NCBI RefSeq assembly: GCF_000015805.1
Contig: NC_009073.1
Coordinates: 1,560,001-1,592,000 of the forward strand
Reading direction: 5' to 3'
DNA length: 32,000 bases
DNA from: Pyrobaculum calidifontis JCM 11548
GTDB lineage: Archaea > Thermoproteota > Thermoprotei > Thermoproteales > Thermoproteaceae
The position numbers were made by a program, and so were the translations under genes. Shown in pieces: positions 21,924-30,542 of this stretch (position 1 is its first letter; the number at the start of each line of letters is the position of its first letter). The notes below the pieces were generated by a model, which had not been told where the DNA came from, did no database searches, and saw only the letters and a list, made by a program, of their open reading frames with translations.

Positions 21924-22853
21924 CTACTGGAGATACGACTGCGGTATTGTGCCTACGAGCTTCCTTATGGCTTCAACGCTTTGGTTAAATTTCTCCTTTT
22001 CCTCTGGCGTGAGCTCAATCTCCAGCACTTTTACTACGCCTGTCTTGCCTAACACTATGGGCACTTCCACTGGCAGGTCAAAGACGCCGTATTCGCCCTT
22101 CAGCACTACCGAGGCTATTAACGAGCGGCGTGCGTCGCGTTTTACGCTGTCGGCCATAATGGCTAAGCCAGCGCCGGGGCCCCAATTGGATGAGAAGCCG
22201 CGGAGCTCGGTGATCTTGGCCCCCGCCTTTACCGTCTCCTCAACCACCTCCCTCAGCTGGTCTTCGCTTAGCAACTTGCTCAGGGGAACTCCGTGTACAA
22301 AGCTCTTGGAGGGCACTGGGAACATGCTCTCTCCGTGCTGGCCCAGCACTATGGGGAGTATCGAGGCCGGCGAAATTCCCAGCTTTTTGGCGGCGTAGTA
22401 GGCTAGGCGGCCCGCGTCTAATACGCCGCTGAAGCCAATCACCCTCTCCCTGGGGAACCCCGTGGATTTCCACATCACGTAGGTCATGGCGTCTAGGGGG
22501 TTCGTGGTTAATATCACAACGGAGTCTGGGGCGTACTTCTTAATCTCTTTGCCTATGTCGCTTACAATTTTTGCATTTGTCTCAACTAATTGTTCGCGCG
22601 TCATGCCTGGCTTCCTGGGGAAGCCGGCGGTGACTATGACCAAGTCGCTTCCAGCCATGTCTTTGTAGTCGTTGCTACCCTCGTACTCTACGTCTAGGCC
22701 GAGTATTGCGCTCATGTGATTTAAGTCGAGCGCCTCTCCCTGTGGTAAGCCTTTTACTATGTCTATTAGTAGTATTTTTTTGTCTATCCTCATTATTCCC
22801 ATTATGGCCGCGGCTGCTGTTCCCACTCTACCGCTTCCCACTATTGTTATCAT
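21924..22853 (-). CDS. mdh: Malate dehydrogenase (LDH-like, archaeal type)
   Basis: 309-aa ORF. It has the N-terminal Rossmann motif ITIVGSGRVGTAAA, the substrate loop GFPRKPGMTREQL and the catalytic GQHGESM. Confidence 0.9.
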   Translation of the reverse strand: MITIVGSGRVGTAAAAIMGIMRIDKKILLIDIVKGLPQGEALDLNHMSAILGLDVEYEGSNDYKDMAGSDLVIVTAGFPRKPGMTREQLVETNAKIVSDIGKEIKKYAPDSVVILTTNPLDAMTYVMWKSTGFPRERVIGFSGVLDAGRLAYYAAKKLGISPASILPIVLGQHGESMFPVPSKSFVHGVPLSKLLSEDQLREVVEETVKAGAKITELRGFSSNWGPGAGLAIMADSVKRDARRSLIASVVLKGEYGVFDLPVEVPIVLGKTGVVKVLEIELTPEEKEKFNQSVEAIRKLVGTIPQSYLQ

Positions 22854-22870
22854 TGTAGAGTGGAGTGGGT

Positions 22871-22882
22871 ATGTAAAAATCC
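22871..22882 (-). promoter_or_regulatory. TATA-like AT box for mdh
   Basis: atgtaaaaatcc is centred about 24 nt upstream of ATG 22853. Confidence 0.45.
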
Positions 22883-22889
22883 GTAATAT

Positions 22890-22916
22890 TGGCTAAAAAC
22901 GAAATCTATATAGCCA
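22890..22916 (-). terminator. Possible hairpin with T-tract 3' of the NADH oxidase/CoADR gene
   Basis: tggcta (22890-22895) pairs with tagcca (22911-22916), with a 15-nt loop. On the minus strand the loop reads tatagatttcgtttt. It starts 2 nt after the stop codon. Confidence 0.25.
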
Positions 22917-22918
22917 GT

Positions 22919-24265
22919 TTATAAACGGCCCTTGCTTAATACTCGTGCCGCAACTATGAGGGGGTGCCACACAGGCGCCGTGTCTGGCATATAGCCTAGG
23001 TCGGAGAAGAAGAGGTCGGAGAGGGTGTAGCCCGACTGTATGGTAACGGCCATTATGTCTGCGTACGCGGCCACTACTTGACTTTTGCCGACGATTTGAG
23101 CCCCGAGTATGCGCCCTGTGGACTCCTCGGCGATAAGCTTTACGTGGACAGGCGAGGCGTTTGGCATGTAGTGCGCCTTTGTCCTCGCCTTTATTAGGCT
23201 GCTCTGCACCTTGAAGCCTAGCTGTGCCGCCTCTTTCTCTCCCAGCCCCGTTCTTGCTATGTATAAGTCGTAGAACTTTGTGACAGCCGTGCCCACCACT
23301 CCTGGGAACTTTAAAACGCGGCCCTTTACCGCATTGCCGCCGGCCACCTGCCCCTCCTTGTTGGCCGTGGGGGCCAGCGGTATCCACACCCTCCTCCCTG
23401 TGATCCTATGGACTTTCTCCGCCACGTCGCCTGCAGCGTAAACATCGGGAACTGTGGTCTCCATGTACTCGTTTACGTAGACGGCCCCGGTCTCCCCCAG
23501 CTTTGCCCCCGCGCGCACAGCCAAGTCTACGTCTGGCCTAACTCCAACTGCGAGGACCACCTCGTCTACTTGGTACTCCCCCTTCTCTGTCACCACCTTG
23601 TTCACATGGTCGGAGCCCTTGAACTCCACCACTTTCTCGCCTAGGTGTAGCTCCACGCCTCTGCTCTTCATCTCCTCGGCGACTATGGCTGCGACGTCGG
23701 GGTCAAGCGCCGCGGGGAGGACTTGGTCAAACATCTCAAATAGGAGCACCCTCTTCCCCATCTCCAGAAGGACCTCCGCCATTTCGACCCCTATGTACCC
23801 CCCTCCCACCACCGCGACTGTCTTAGCCTTTTCTAGGTGGCCCTTCAAGTGAGGCACCTCGTCTGGGTGCCGCATTGTGAGAATGCCCTTTAGCTCAACT
23901 CCGGGGATCTTAGGCACGAGGGGCTTTGCGCCAGTGGCTATGACCAACTTGTCCCACGCAATTTTCTCAGTAGACTCGCCCCTCTTTACAACTACCACCC
24001 TCTTGTCCACATCTACATCCACCACGGCTGTACGTATCAATACCTTGATGTTTCTCTCCTTCTCAAACTCCTCGGGGCTGTACGTCATCAGCTCCTCATG
24101 GCTTTTCACAATTCCGCCTATGGCGTACGGCATGCCACAAGGGGCATGTGTAATCATAGAGCCCCTCTCTATCAACACCACTTCGGCCGATGGGTCTAGA
24201 CGCCTTGCCCGCGCCGCCGCCGAGGCGCCAGCGGCCCCGCCACCTACAATCACTACACGCACCAT
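22919..24265 (-). CDS. FAD-dependent pyridine nucleotide-disulfide oxidoreductase, NADH oxidase / CoA-disulfide reductase type
   Basis: 448-aa ORF. It has VVIVGGGAAGASAA (FAD), a single redox Cys in THAPCGMPY (the Nox/CoADR SFxxCxxPY position), VAVVGGGYIGVE (NAD(P)H) and AAGDVA. Confidence 0.85.
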   Translation of the reverse strand: MVRVVIVGGGAAGASAAARARRLDPSAEVVLIERGSMITHAPCGMPYAIGGIVKSHEELMTYSPEEFEKERNIKVLIRTAVVDVDVDKRVVVVKRGESTEKIAWDKLVIATGAKPLVPKIPGVELKGILTMRHPDEVPHLKGHLEKAKTVAVVGGGYIGVEMAEVLLEMGKRVLLFEMFDQVLPAALDPDVAAIVAEEMKSRGVELHLGEKVVEFKGSDHVNKVVTEKGEYQVDEVVLAVGVRPDVDLAVRAGAKLGETGAVYVNEYMETTVPDVYAAGDVAEKVHRITGRRVWIPLAPTANKEGQVAGGNAVKGRVLKFPGVVGTAVTKFYDLYIARTGLGEKEAAQLGFKVQSSLIKARTKAHYMPNASPVHVKLIAEESTGRILGAQIVGKSQVVAAYADIMAVTIQSGYTLSDLFFSDLGYMPDTAPVWHPLIVAARVLSKGRL

Positions 24266-24280
24266 GGAGACGTGTCCAAA

Positions 24281-24300
24281 TGCTCTTTTAATGTTTTAGT
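24281..24300 (-). promoter_or_regulatory. TATA-like AT box for the NADH oxidase/CoADR gene
   Basis: tgctcttttaatgttttagt is centred about 25 nt upstream of ATG 24265. It overlaps the stop codon of the DAO-type gene. Confidence 0.4.
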
Positions 24301-25412
24301 GCAGCCGCTAAGCGCTTGCCGGCGCTGAATCTCGCCGTTGTTAGGGCCGTGGCCGACCTCCCGAGGAGTAGTTGAACTGCGGCATGGGCAATGCCGGGCC
24401 CTAGGGTCCATCCTAGGCGGCAACCGCCTGTGGCTACCACGACGCCGCCGCGTCTCTCTATCACGGGGAGGCCGTCGGGCGCACAGGGCCTATACCCCAC
24501 GGCCATGTCCATTACTTCGAAGTCGCCAAGCCACGTCTTAGCCGCGGCCAACACCTTCCTTGACGGCGAGTGGTCTGGTGATGCGTCTAAGTCGAAGCGC
24601 CCAGTGGCCTTGATCCACCCCTTGAATGGGACTAGAAAAACGCCACCTATAAAGTCGGCGACTGTAGGACCGGACCACCGCGCAACTAGCCTAAACCCAT
24701 ATCCCTTTAACGGCGCCACGGGAACGCCTAGCCTTCTGGCCCACCAGCCAGCAGCCACTATTACCCCATCGCCTTTTAAAATCTCGCCGTCTTCCAAGAC
24801 GACGCGCCCCTCTTCTACTCTGCTCGCTTTCTTATTCACAATTCTCACACCTCTAGACGCAACCTCTCTGTAGAGCCTTTCTACGGCCAAGTCCGTGGAA
24901 ATAACCACGGAGTCTAGGTATACTATCGCCCGTCTACCCTTTACCTCCCCCACGTCGAACCTGGGCTTGAGCGGATCTTGCTTAAGCGCCGCAACTTCAG
25001 CCTCTATGTCTTCCACCACCTCGTAGAGGGGCTCCTCCCTAAATTCAAAATCGTTTTTCTCTTCGGCAAGTCGGCGATATTCAGATATAGAAAAACGCGC
25101 TAGCTCTTTGACCTGGTTCCAGATCTCCTCTGGGTATTCTCTTCCATATACCTTGATATAGGTCAAAATCCAACGCCAATCCAGTCTAGCGATGCGGGCC
25201 TTACCCTTAAGCCACATCTTTATGTACCTGACGGGGTAACCCCTCACGTTTATTCTATTTATCTCAAATTTTGTCGGCTCTAACACGCCCGCGGCTGCCT
25301 TCGACCAGCCTCCAGGCGCGGAGTCCACCAGGACAACATCCGCCCCTTCGCGGGCGAGGTATACAGCGGAGAAGAGTCCAACAACGCCCCCACCAACTAC
25401 AATATACATCAA
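24288..25412 (-). CDS. FAD-dependent oxidoreductase, DAO (glycine/D-amino-acid oxidase-like) family
   Basis: 374-aa ORF. It has the N-terminal IVVGGGVVGLFSAVYLAREGADVVLVD dinucleotide-binding motif, with length and C-terminal pattern typical of the DAO family. Coordinates are taken from the ORF track. Confidence 0.75.
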   Translation of the reverse strand: MMYIVVGGGVVGLFSAVYLAREGADVVLVDSAPGGWSKAAAGVLEPTKFEINRINVRGYPVRYIKMWLKGKARIARLDWRWILTYIKVYGREYPEEIWNQVKELARFSISEYRRLAEEKNDFEFREEPLYEVVEDIEAEVAALKQDPLKPRFDVGEVKGRRAIVYLDSVVISTDLAVERLYREVASRGVRIVNKKASRVEEGRVVLEDGEILKGDGVIVAAGWWARRLGVPVAPLKGYGFRLVARWSGPTVADFIGGVFLVPFKGWIKATGRFDLDASPDHSPSRKVLAAAKTWLGDFEVMDMAVGYRPCAPDGLPVIERRGGVVVATGGCRLGWTLGPGIAHAAVQLLLGRSATALTTARFSAGKRLAAALKH

Positions 25413-25445
25413 GGCTACTATAATACATCTTAATATACTTGCCGA

Positions 25446-25874
25446 TTAACTTCTACAGCTGGCGTGTTCTAGTACGGATTCCACAAATGTGCGAAATTGA
25501 GGCGCTGTCATAAAGCCAGGCGCGGCCTCGACGGGGGTCCCATTTATAAACGCCACTGTCGTAGGAGTAGCCATAATGCCCAAAGATGCCGCTATGTGGT
25601 AAAACTCTTCTATGTCCGCTTTTACAAAGTTCGCCATATGTCTGTACCTCTCTCCCACTTGTCGAAAGATGGGGTCAAAGGCGGCGCAATATGGACACGT
25701 CTTTCCAAAAAACATGACGAAGGCAACCTTACACCCCATTACAGCGTTCTTAAACTGGGCCACGTCTCTGAGCACGTGGCCAGGGGGGTAGTTGACGGTG
25801 CAACACTTTGGCGGGTCCTTGGCCCTCGTAAGTTCCACGGCCTTTTTCCAGAGTATGCGGTCTAGCTCGTCCAC
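25446..25874 (-). CDS. Thioredoxin-fold protein with CPYC active site
   Basis: 142-aa ORF with a GTG start. VMFFGKTCPYCAAFDP matches the thioredoxin/glutaredoxin active-site context. Confidence 0.75.
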   Translation of the reverse strand: MDELDRILWKKAVELTRAKDPPKCCTVNYPPGHVLRDVAQFKNAVMGCKVAFVMFFGKTCPYCAAFDPIFRQVGERYRHMANFVKADIEEFYHIAASLGIMATPTTVAFINGTPVEAAPGFMTAPQFRTFVESVLEHASCRS

Positions 25875-25894
25875 GCCTGCGCGCCGCCTTTCCC

Positions 25895-25907
25895 TTAAAT
25901 ATTTTTA
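25895..25907. promoter_or_regulatory. Single shared AT box centred in the 53-nt divergent intergenic region (thioredoxin-like / UbiA)
   Basis: ttaaatattttta is centred near 25901. That is about 27 nt from GTG 25874 (minus strand) and about 27 nt from ATG 25928 (plus strand). Confidence 0.5.
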
Positions 25908-25927
25908 CCCAGAGCGCCACCACGTCT

Positions 25928-26803
25928 ATGCCCTTTGACCCAGAGGTCGCTGGGGCCACGACGCTCCGTATACTGCGCTTTATACGGGTCGAGCACACGA
26001 TTTTCACCCTGCCAATGGCGTATGCCGCGGCTATTTTGGCAGGCAACCACCTGGACTTGTGGAAGGCGGTTTTTATAGGGCTCGCTGTGTTTGGGCTAAG
26101 GACTGCGGGCATGGCGTGGAACAACATCGTCGATTTCCCCATCGACAAATTAAATCCGAGGACGCAGGGGAGGATGTTGGTGACTGGGAAAGTCACGTTT
26201 AGAGAGGCCTATGCGACCTTCGCCGCTGGCGCCGCGGTCTTCTTTGCCTCGGCTACGGCGTTAGGTCTATGGCCGCTTCTCTTGGCGGCGCCGTACTTGG
26301 CTGTGGCTGTGACTTACCCCTATGCGAAGCGGCTACACTGTTTTCCACATTTCCACCTGGGGCTTGTCTACGCCCTCGTCCCCCTAGGCGCTTCTATCGC
26401 CATGTACCCCGACGACATAGCGGCCGCGCTGGCCCACACGCCGCGGATGCTCGTGGCCGCCGCCGCGCTGTGGGTCGCCGGCTTTGACGTAGTGTACTCC
26501 AAGGGGGACGTGGAGTTCGATAGAAAGTTTGGACTGGGTAGCATTGCGGCGTGTTTTGGAGTAAAGGCGGCAGACGCCGCGGCGGTTGTACTTCTAACTC
26601 TCTCCGCCGCTTTATACGTGGCGAACTACTTGGCCTACGGCTTGGGGCCTTTGGGCCTCTTGGTCACCCTCATAGGCGCCGGGGTAGAGGTGGCGTCGGC
26701 GGTGCTGGGGGCTTTGGGCAGAGTGGGGCTGGGCTTTAACTTAAATCTGGCGGTGGGAATCCTCATACCTACTGGCATATTTATTGGGGTTTTAGGCATT
26801 TGA
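25928..26803 (+). CDS. UbiA family aromatic/isoprenoid prenyltransferase
   Basis: 291-aa polytopic ORF. It has the first Asp-rich motif NNIVDFPIDKLNPRTQGRML (NxxxDxxxD...RT) and a second acidic region YSKGDVEFD. Confidence 0.85.
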   Translation: MPFDPEVAGATTLRILRFIRVEHTIFTLPMAYAAAILAGNHLDLWKAVFIGLAVFGLRTAGMAWNNIVDFPIDKLNPRTQGRMLVTGKVTFREAYATFAAGAAVFFASATALGLWPLLLAAPYLAVAVTYPYAKRLHCFPHFHLGLVYALVPLGASIAMYPDDIAAALAHTPRMLVAAAALWVAGFDVVYSKGDVEFDRKFGLGSIAACFGVKAADAAAVVLLTLSAALYVANYLAYGLGPLGLLVTLIGAGVEVASAVLGALGRVGLGFNLNLAVGILIPTGIFIGVLGI

Positions 26804-27893
26804 GGGAAAGCGCCGAGAGCGCTACGGCGGGTATTACGGCGTATAGGAATGGGGGGTACATGTAGCCGGAGACCGCGGCGCCCACAGCGTAGCCCAAGTT
26901 GTTAACTCCCTGGTAAACCCCGTAGCCCCTGGCCCAGTAAACACCTGCGACGTTCCTAGAGACCATCTGTTCTAGCGAAGTGGATAATACTGCAACGCCT
27001 AAGCTCTCTAAGACCCAAATGGCTGAGAAGATGTATGGAGAGGGCGAATACGCCATGCCTATAAGCGCCACTGCGACCACTAGAGAGCCTAGCGCAACTG
27101 ATGAGCGAGCGGGTCTGGCGAGACGGGGTCCAACAAACCAGGAGATGGCCGCGGGCAAATACGCCAATACTGCCGCGAAGGGGGAGAGGGAAAATCTGTC
27201 GTGTAGGAATGGTAACACTTGGGGCCCGTATAAGCCGGTGGAGAGGCCCGCGAGAAGCGATGCAACGATTATGCAAGACAAGACTCGCACATCTGTGCGG
27301 TGGTGTCGGACGGCCAAGTGCCTAGTCTCCTCCGGGAGGTGGAACAACGCGGCGGCCGATAAGGCGGCGAAAGCCAGCGCGGTAAGTCTAAACGCCGCCG
27401 CGTATCCCATGAGCTTCGACAAAATATAGACGGCAGGGATAGAGACCCCTCCCGCCACGGCGCCGGCGGCTGCGGCGATCTTGAGCTTGGAGTAGAGCGC
27501 CGGGTCCTCTAGGCCTCCCACGTCTGAGACGTAGGCCACTGCGGCTACGTTTATCAGACTTGAGGCAACGCCCGATAGGAACATTGCCGCATAGACGTGG
27601 CTTATCGACGTAGAGAGACTCAGCAGCGTCATAGACGCGGACAGGAGGACGCCGCCTATGCCCATTGAAAGGCGTCTGCCCGCTTTATCGGCTAAGTGCC
27701 CCGCCGCTGGCCGGATTACAACGACGGCGGCTGCGTAGGAGGCGTAGGCGATGCCTACTTCCACCTCGCCGTGGCCGAGCTCGAAGATGTAGAAGGGCAA
27801 CAGGAATGCTACAAATGAGTATGGCGATGAGTATAGGACGTATGCAGAAAGCCTAGGCTTTGACGTGTTCGTAGCCGACGACGTATATCCCAT
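26781..27893 (-). CDS. Major facilitator superfamily transporter
   Basis: 370-aa ORF with about 10-12 hydrophobic segments. It has the MFS loop motif GHLADKAGRR between TM2 and TM3. The start overlaps the uL6 3' end by 41 nt. Confidence 0.8.
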   Translation of the reverse strand: MGYTSSATNTSKPRLSAYVLYSSPYSFVAFLLPFYIFELGHGEVEVGIAYASYAAAVVVIRPAAGHLADKAGRRLSMGIGGVLLSASMTLLSLSTSISHVYAAMFLSGVASSLINVAAVAYVSDVGGLEDPALYSKLKIAAAAGAVAGGVSIPAVYILSKLMGYAAAFRLTALAFAALSAAALFHLPEETRHLAVRHHRTDVRVLSCIIVASLLAGLSTGLYGPQVLPFLHDRFSLSPFAAVLAYLPAAISWFVGPRLARPARSSVALGSLVVAVALIGMAYSPSPYIFSAIWVLESLGVAVLSTSLEQMVSRNVAGVYWARGYGVYQGVNNLGYAVGAAVSGYMYPPFLYAVIPAVALSALSLKCLKPQ

Positions 27894-28443
27894 CTACTAC
27901 GCCTAGGCCGCCCTCGCGTCCGTGAGGCGACGGCTTTTCCTCGCCCCTCAGCTCCGTGGCGGCTTGGATGGCTGCGGCGAATTGGCTGACAAGCTCTCTA
28001 TCGATGCCCTCCACCACTATGTCCTCTTTGCCCTTTACCTCCACCTTGACGCCCTTGGGTATCTCTAACACTATCTTGGATTTTCTCCCCAAGAAGTTCT
28101 CTATAGTCAGCTGGTTCCCTTGCACTTTTACAAGCATGGGGAAGTGGGTGTATATGACTTTGAGCTTGTAGCGCCACCCCTTTGTGACTCCTAGGAACAT
28201 GTTTTTCAATATGCCCTTGTAAGTCCCAAGCAGGGCGTACTCTCTCTTCTTCGCGTTTAGTACTTCGAGCACCACTTTGCCGTCGCTCAGCGACATTATG
28301 ACTGGGGTGTTTTTAAACTCCTTGACGAGCTCTCCAAGAGGGCCCTTGACTTTGACAACGTAGTCGAAGGGCCCGGTCTTCTCTATGGCGACCTTGACGC
28401 CGTCGGGTATTGGCACCTCCTCAACTGCGTACACGACGTGCAT
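27853..28443 (-). CDS. rpl6: 50S ribosomal protein uL6 (L6P)
   Basis: ORF 27853..28449 (TTG) was trimmed to ATG 28443. It has the uL6 pattern VPIPDGVKVAIE...VKVKGPLGEL, a repeated beta-alpha domain, and a C-terminal DGIYV. Confidence 0.85.
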   Translation of the reverse strand: MHVVYAVEEVPIPDGVKVAIEKTGPFDYVVKVKGPLGELVKEFKNTPVIMSLSDGKVVLEVLNAKKREYALLGTYKGILKNMFLGVTKGWRYKLKVIYTHFPMLVKVQGNQLTIENFLGRKSKIVLEIPKGVKVEVKGKEDIVVEGIDRELVSQFAAAIQAATELRGEEKPSPHGREGGLGVVDGIYVVGYEHVKA

Positions 28444-28463
28444 ACGCAACGCCTCTATTACGT

Positions 28464-28476
28464 CTTTAAAAAATTT
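28464..28476 (-). promoter_or_regulatory. TATA-like AT box for rpl6
   Basis: ctttaaaaaattt is centred about 27 nt upstream of ATG 28443. Confidence 0.45.
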
Positions 28477-28490
28477 CCTCGGCGGGTCAC

Positions 28491-28502
28491 AAAAATATAT
28501 TA
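28491..28502 (+). promoter_or_regulatory. TATA-like AT box for the radical SAM (Ahb) gene
   Basis: aaaaatatatta is centred about 24 nt upstream of GTG 28520 and about 42 nt upstream of ATG 28538. Confidence 0.45.
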
Positions 28503-28537
28503 CGTACGGATCTCAACTAGTGATTCCGATAAGCGTC

Positions 28538-29662
28538 ATGGTGGCCGGCGTGGGTACCACTTCGTTTAAAGTTAAGGGTAGGTTCGGTGTGGAAAAGCCA
28601 AGCGACTTCTCGGCGCCGCTAAGGCCGATTGTGAGTTGGAATATCACAAAGAGGTGCAACTTGCGCTGTCTCCACTGCTACATCGATGCAGGCGAGGCCG
28701 AGGCTAACGAACTAACTACAAAGGAGGCCTTAGATGTCGTTGACCAAATGGCAGAAGTGGGCGTGCCGCTCATATTGTTCACAGGCGGCGAGCCGCTTGT
28801 TAGACGCGACTTTTTTGAGATTGCCCAGTATGCCAGAGATAGGGGCATTAAGCTAGTGTTATCCACAAATGGCACTTTGATAACGCCGGAGGTTGCGAAG
28901 AGGCTGAAAGAAGTGGGCGTCGTCTATGTCGGCGTCAGTCTCGACTCTATAAGCGCAGAGTTCCACGACAGATTTAGGGGCGTGCAGGGGAGCTTTGCCG
29001 CAGCGTTGGCTGGGATCAAGAACGCAATTGAGGCAGGTCTCGACGTGGGCCTCCGCTTTGTCGTCACTGCGAAGAATATACACGAGGTAGGGGAATACGT
29101 CGACTTTGCCGCGTCTCTTGGCGTGAGGAGGATCACCTTTTACCACCTCTCCGCGGCTGGCAGGGCGCAGAAGCTCTCTGAGGACTGGTGGTACACGCCG
29201 GAGCAGTATAGACGGTTTATTGAGACGTTGATAGCCAAGGCCAGGCAGTACGCGGGCAAGCTGGAGATAGAAACTACTCTGGCACCCTACGACGGCATCT
29301 ATATAGCTTTGACGGTTGGCCACGGCGATACAAAGTATCTAGAATTTGTGGAGGCGACGGGGGGTTGCGGCAGGAAAATCGTGTCTATATACCCAAACGG
29401 CGATGTATACCCTTGCCAGTTCATAGACTTCTACAAGTTGGGCAACGTCAGAGAGAAGAGGCTGAGGGACATACTGCGCCCCGAGGTGTTGGAGCCCTTT
29501 GTAAACACTGACCGCTATCTGCGGGGGCCCAAGTGCTCGCCCTGCCGCTTTAAGAGATATTGCAAGGGCGGGGACAGGACTAGGGCTTACTACTTAACTG
29601 GCGACATCTTCGGCGACGACCCCCTGTGCCCCATTCCACGCCTCTTTGGCAATGAAGATTAG
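28538..29662 (+). CDS. Radical SAM enzyme with SPASM/twitch-like C-terminal Cys cluster, AhbC/AhbD type (alternative heme biosynthesis)
   Basis: ORF 28385..29662 has an N-terminal 45-51 codons overlapping uL6 and the promoter region, so I trimmed it to ATG 28538. GTG 28520 is an alternative, about 24 nt downstream of the AT box at 28491-28502. It has CNLRCLHC (CxxxCxxC), GGEPL, then C-x10-G-x4-C and [10 protein letters not shown]. Neighbouring hemC, ahbAB and hemB give the context. Confidence 0.8.
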   Translation: MVAGVGTTSFKVKGRFGVEKPSDFSAPLRPIVSWNITKRCNLRCLHCYIDAGEAEANELTTKEALDVVDQMAEVGVPLILFTGGEPLVRRDFFEIAQYARDRGIKLVLSTNGTLITPEVAKRLKEVGVVYVGVSLDSISAEFHDRFRGVQGSFAAALAGIKNAIEAGLDVGLRFVVTAKNIHEVGEYVDFAASLGVRRITFYHLSAAGRAQKLSEDWWYTPEQYRRFIETLIAKARQYAGKLEIETTLAPYDGIYIALTVGHGDTKYLEFVEATGGCGRKIVSIYPNGDVYPCQFIDFYKLGNVREKRLRDILRPEVLEPFVNTDRYLRGPKCSPCRFKRYCKGGDRTRAYYLTGDIFGDDPLCPIPRLFGNED

Positions 29663-30542
29663 GGTTGCGACGAGGGGGTCGAAGCTAAGTTTATTACAGA
29701 CACAGGAACTCCTAGACCAAGTAAAGGCAGTTGAGCCAAAGGTGGAGTTTGAGCTAGTAGTTGTAAAAACCACAGGCGACGTCGTTCAAGACAGGCCGCT
29801 TTACCAAATTGGCGTGAAGGGGATCTTCGAAAAGGAGGTGAACTTGGCAGTGTTGAGGGGGGAGGCGGATGTGGCTGTGCACAGCTTGAAGGATTTGCCG
29901 TCGGAGCTTACGCCCGGCCTAGTGATCGCTGGCTTTTCGCGGAGGGCCCCGCCCTACGACGTTGTAGCAAGCCGCGAAGGGTACAGCCTTTACACGTTGC
30001 CGAAAGGCGCCGTGGTCGGCACATCTAGCGTGAGGAGGGCAGAGTTCCTAAGGGCCGTGAGGCCGGACGTCGAAGTGCGCCCCCTCAGAGGCAACGTAGA
30101 TACGCGCGTGGGCAAAATCTTGTCTGGCCAATACGACGCGGCCATTATGGCCATGGCAGGCCTCGTGAGGCTCTACGGCTGGGAGGCGCCAGTGAAGCTG
30201 TCGCCGATTAGGCCCGAGGAGATTCCGCCGCCGCCTGGGCAGGGGATCGTGGTGGCGGTTGTAAAAGAGGGAGAGGCATGGCTTATCGACATCCTTAGAA
30301 GAGCCAGCGATAGGAGGGCCGCGGTTGAGGCTACGGCTGAGCGGGAGTTTCTCATGCACGTAGGCGCCGGCTGCCACGTGGCCGTGGGAGGACTTGCCAG
30401 ATATGAAGACGGGGGGATGAGCTTCGTGGCTGGGTATGCCTCAGGGGGTAGGAGGTATGTGATAAAACTGTGGGGCGAAGACCCGCGGGAGGTTGGAAGA
30501 CGTGCAGCAGAGGAGATTAGGAAAATTAGAGAGGGAGATTAG
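29646..30542 (+). CDS. hemC: Hydroxymethylbilane synthase (porphobilinogen deaminase)
   Basis: 298-aa ORF. It has [30 protein letters not shown] and RGNVDTR, with the cofactor Cys in [10 protein letters not shown]. It overlaps the radical SAM gene by 17 nt. Confidence 0.92.
   Translation: MAMKIRVATRGSKLSLLQTQELLDQVKAVEPKVEFELVVVKTTGDVVQDRPLYQIGVKGIFEKEVNLAVLRGEADVAVHSLKDLPSELTPGLVIAGFSRRAPPYDVVASREGYSLYTLPKGAVVGTSSVRRAEFLRAVRPDVEVRPLRGNVDTRVGKILSGQYDAAIMAMAGLVRLYGWEAPVKLSPIRPEEIPPPPGQGIVVAVVKEGEAWLIDILRRASDRRAAVEATAEREFLMHVGAGCHVAVGGLARYEDGGMSFVAGYASGGRRYVIKLWGEDPREVGRRAAEEIRKIREGD

Noticed and set aside
22893-23387. Arg/Gly-rich same-strand out-of-frame ORFs. Examples are 22893-23387, 5537-5866, 3845-4060, 25750-26196 and 11821-12213.
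   Set aside because: These are alternative frames of confidently assigned genes. Their extreme Arg/Gly/Pro bias is typical of off-frame translation.
25377-25413. An apparent 1-nt frame discrepancy when I hand-translated the 5' end of the DAO-type gene. I read tccaaacaac where the track protein (VVGLFS) implies tccaacaac.
   Set aside because: This is most likely my own reading error at a line break, because the computed ORF track shows an uninterrupted 374-aa frame. I did not call a frameshift or pseudogene. Motif coordinates I give by hand may be off by about 1 nt.
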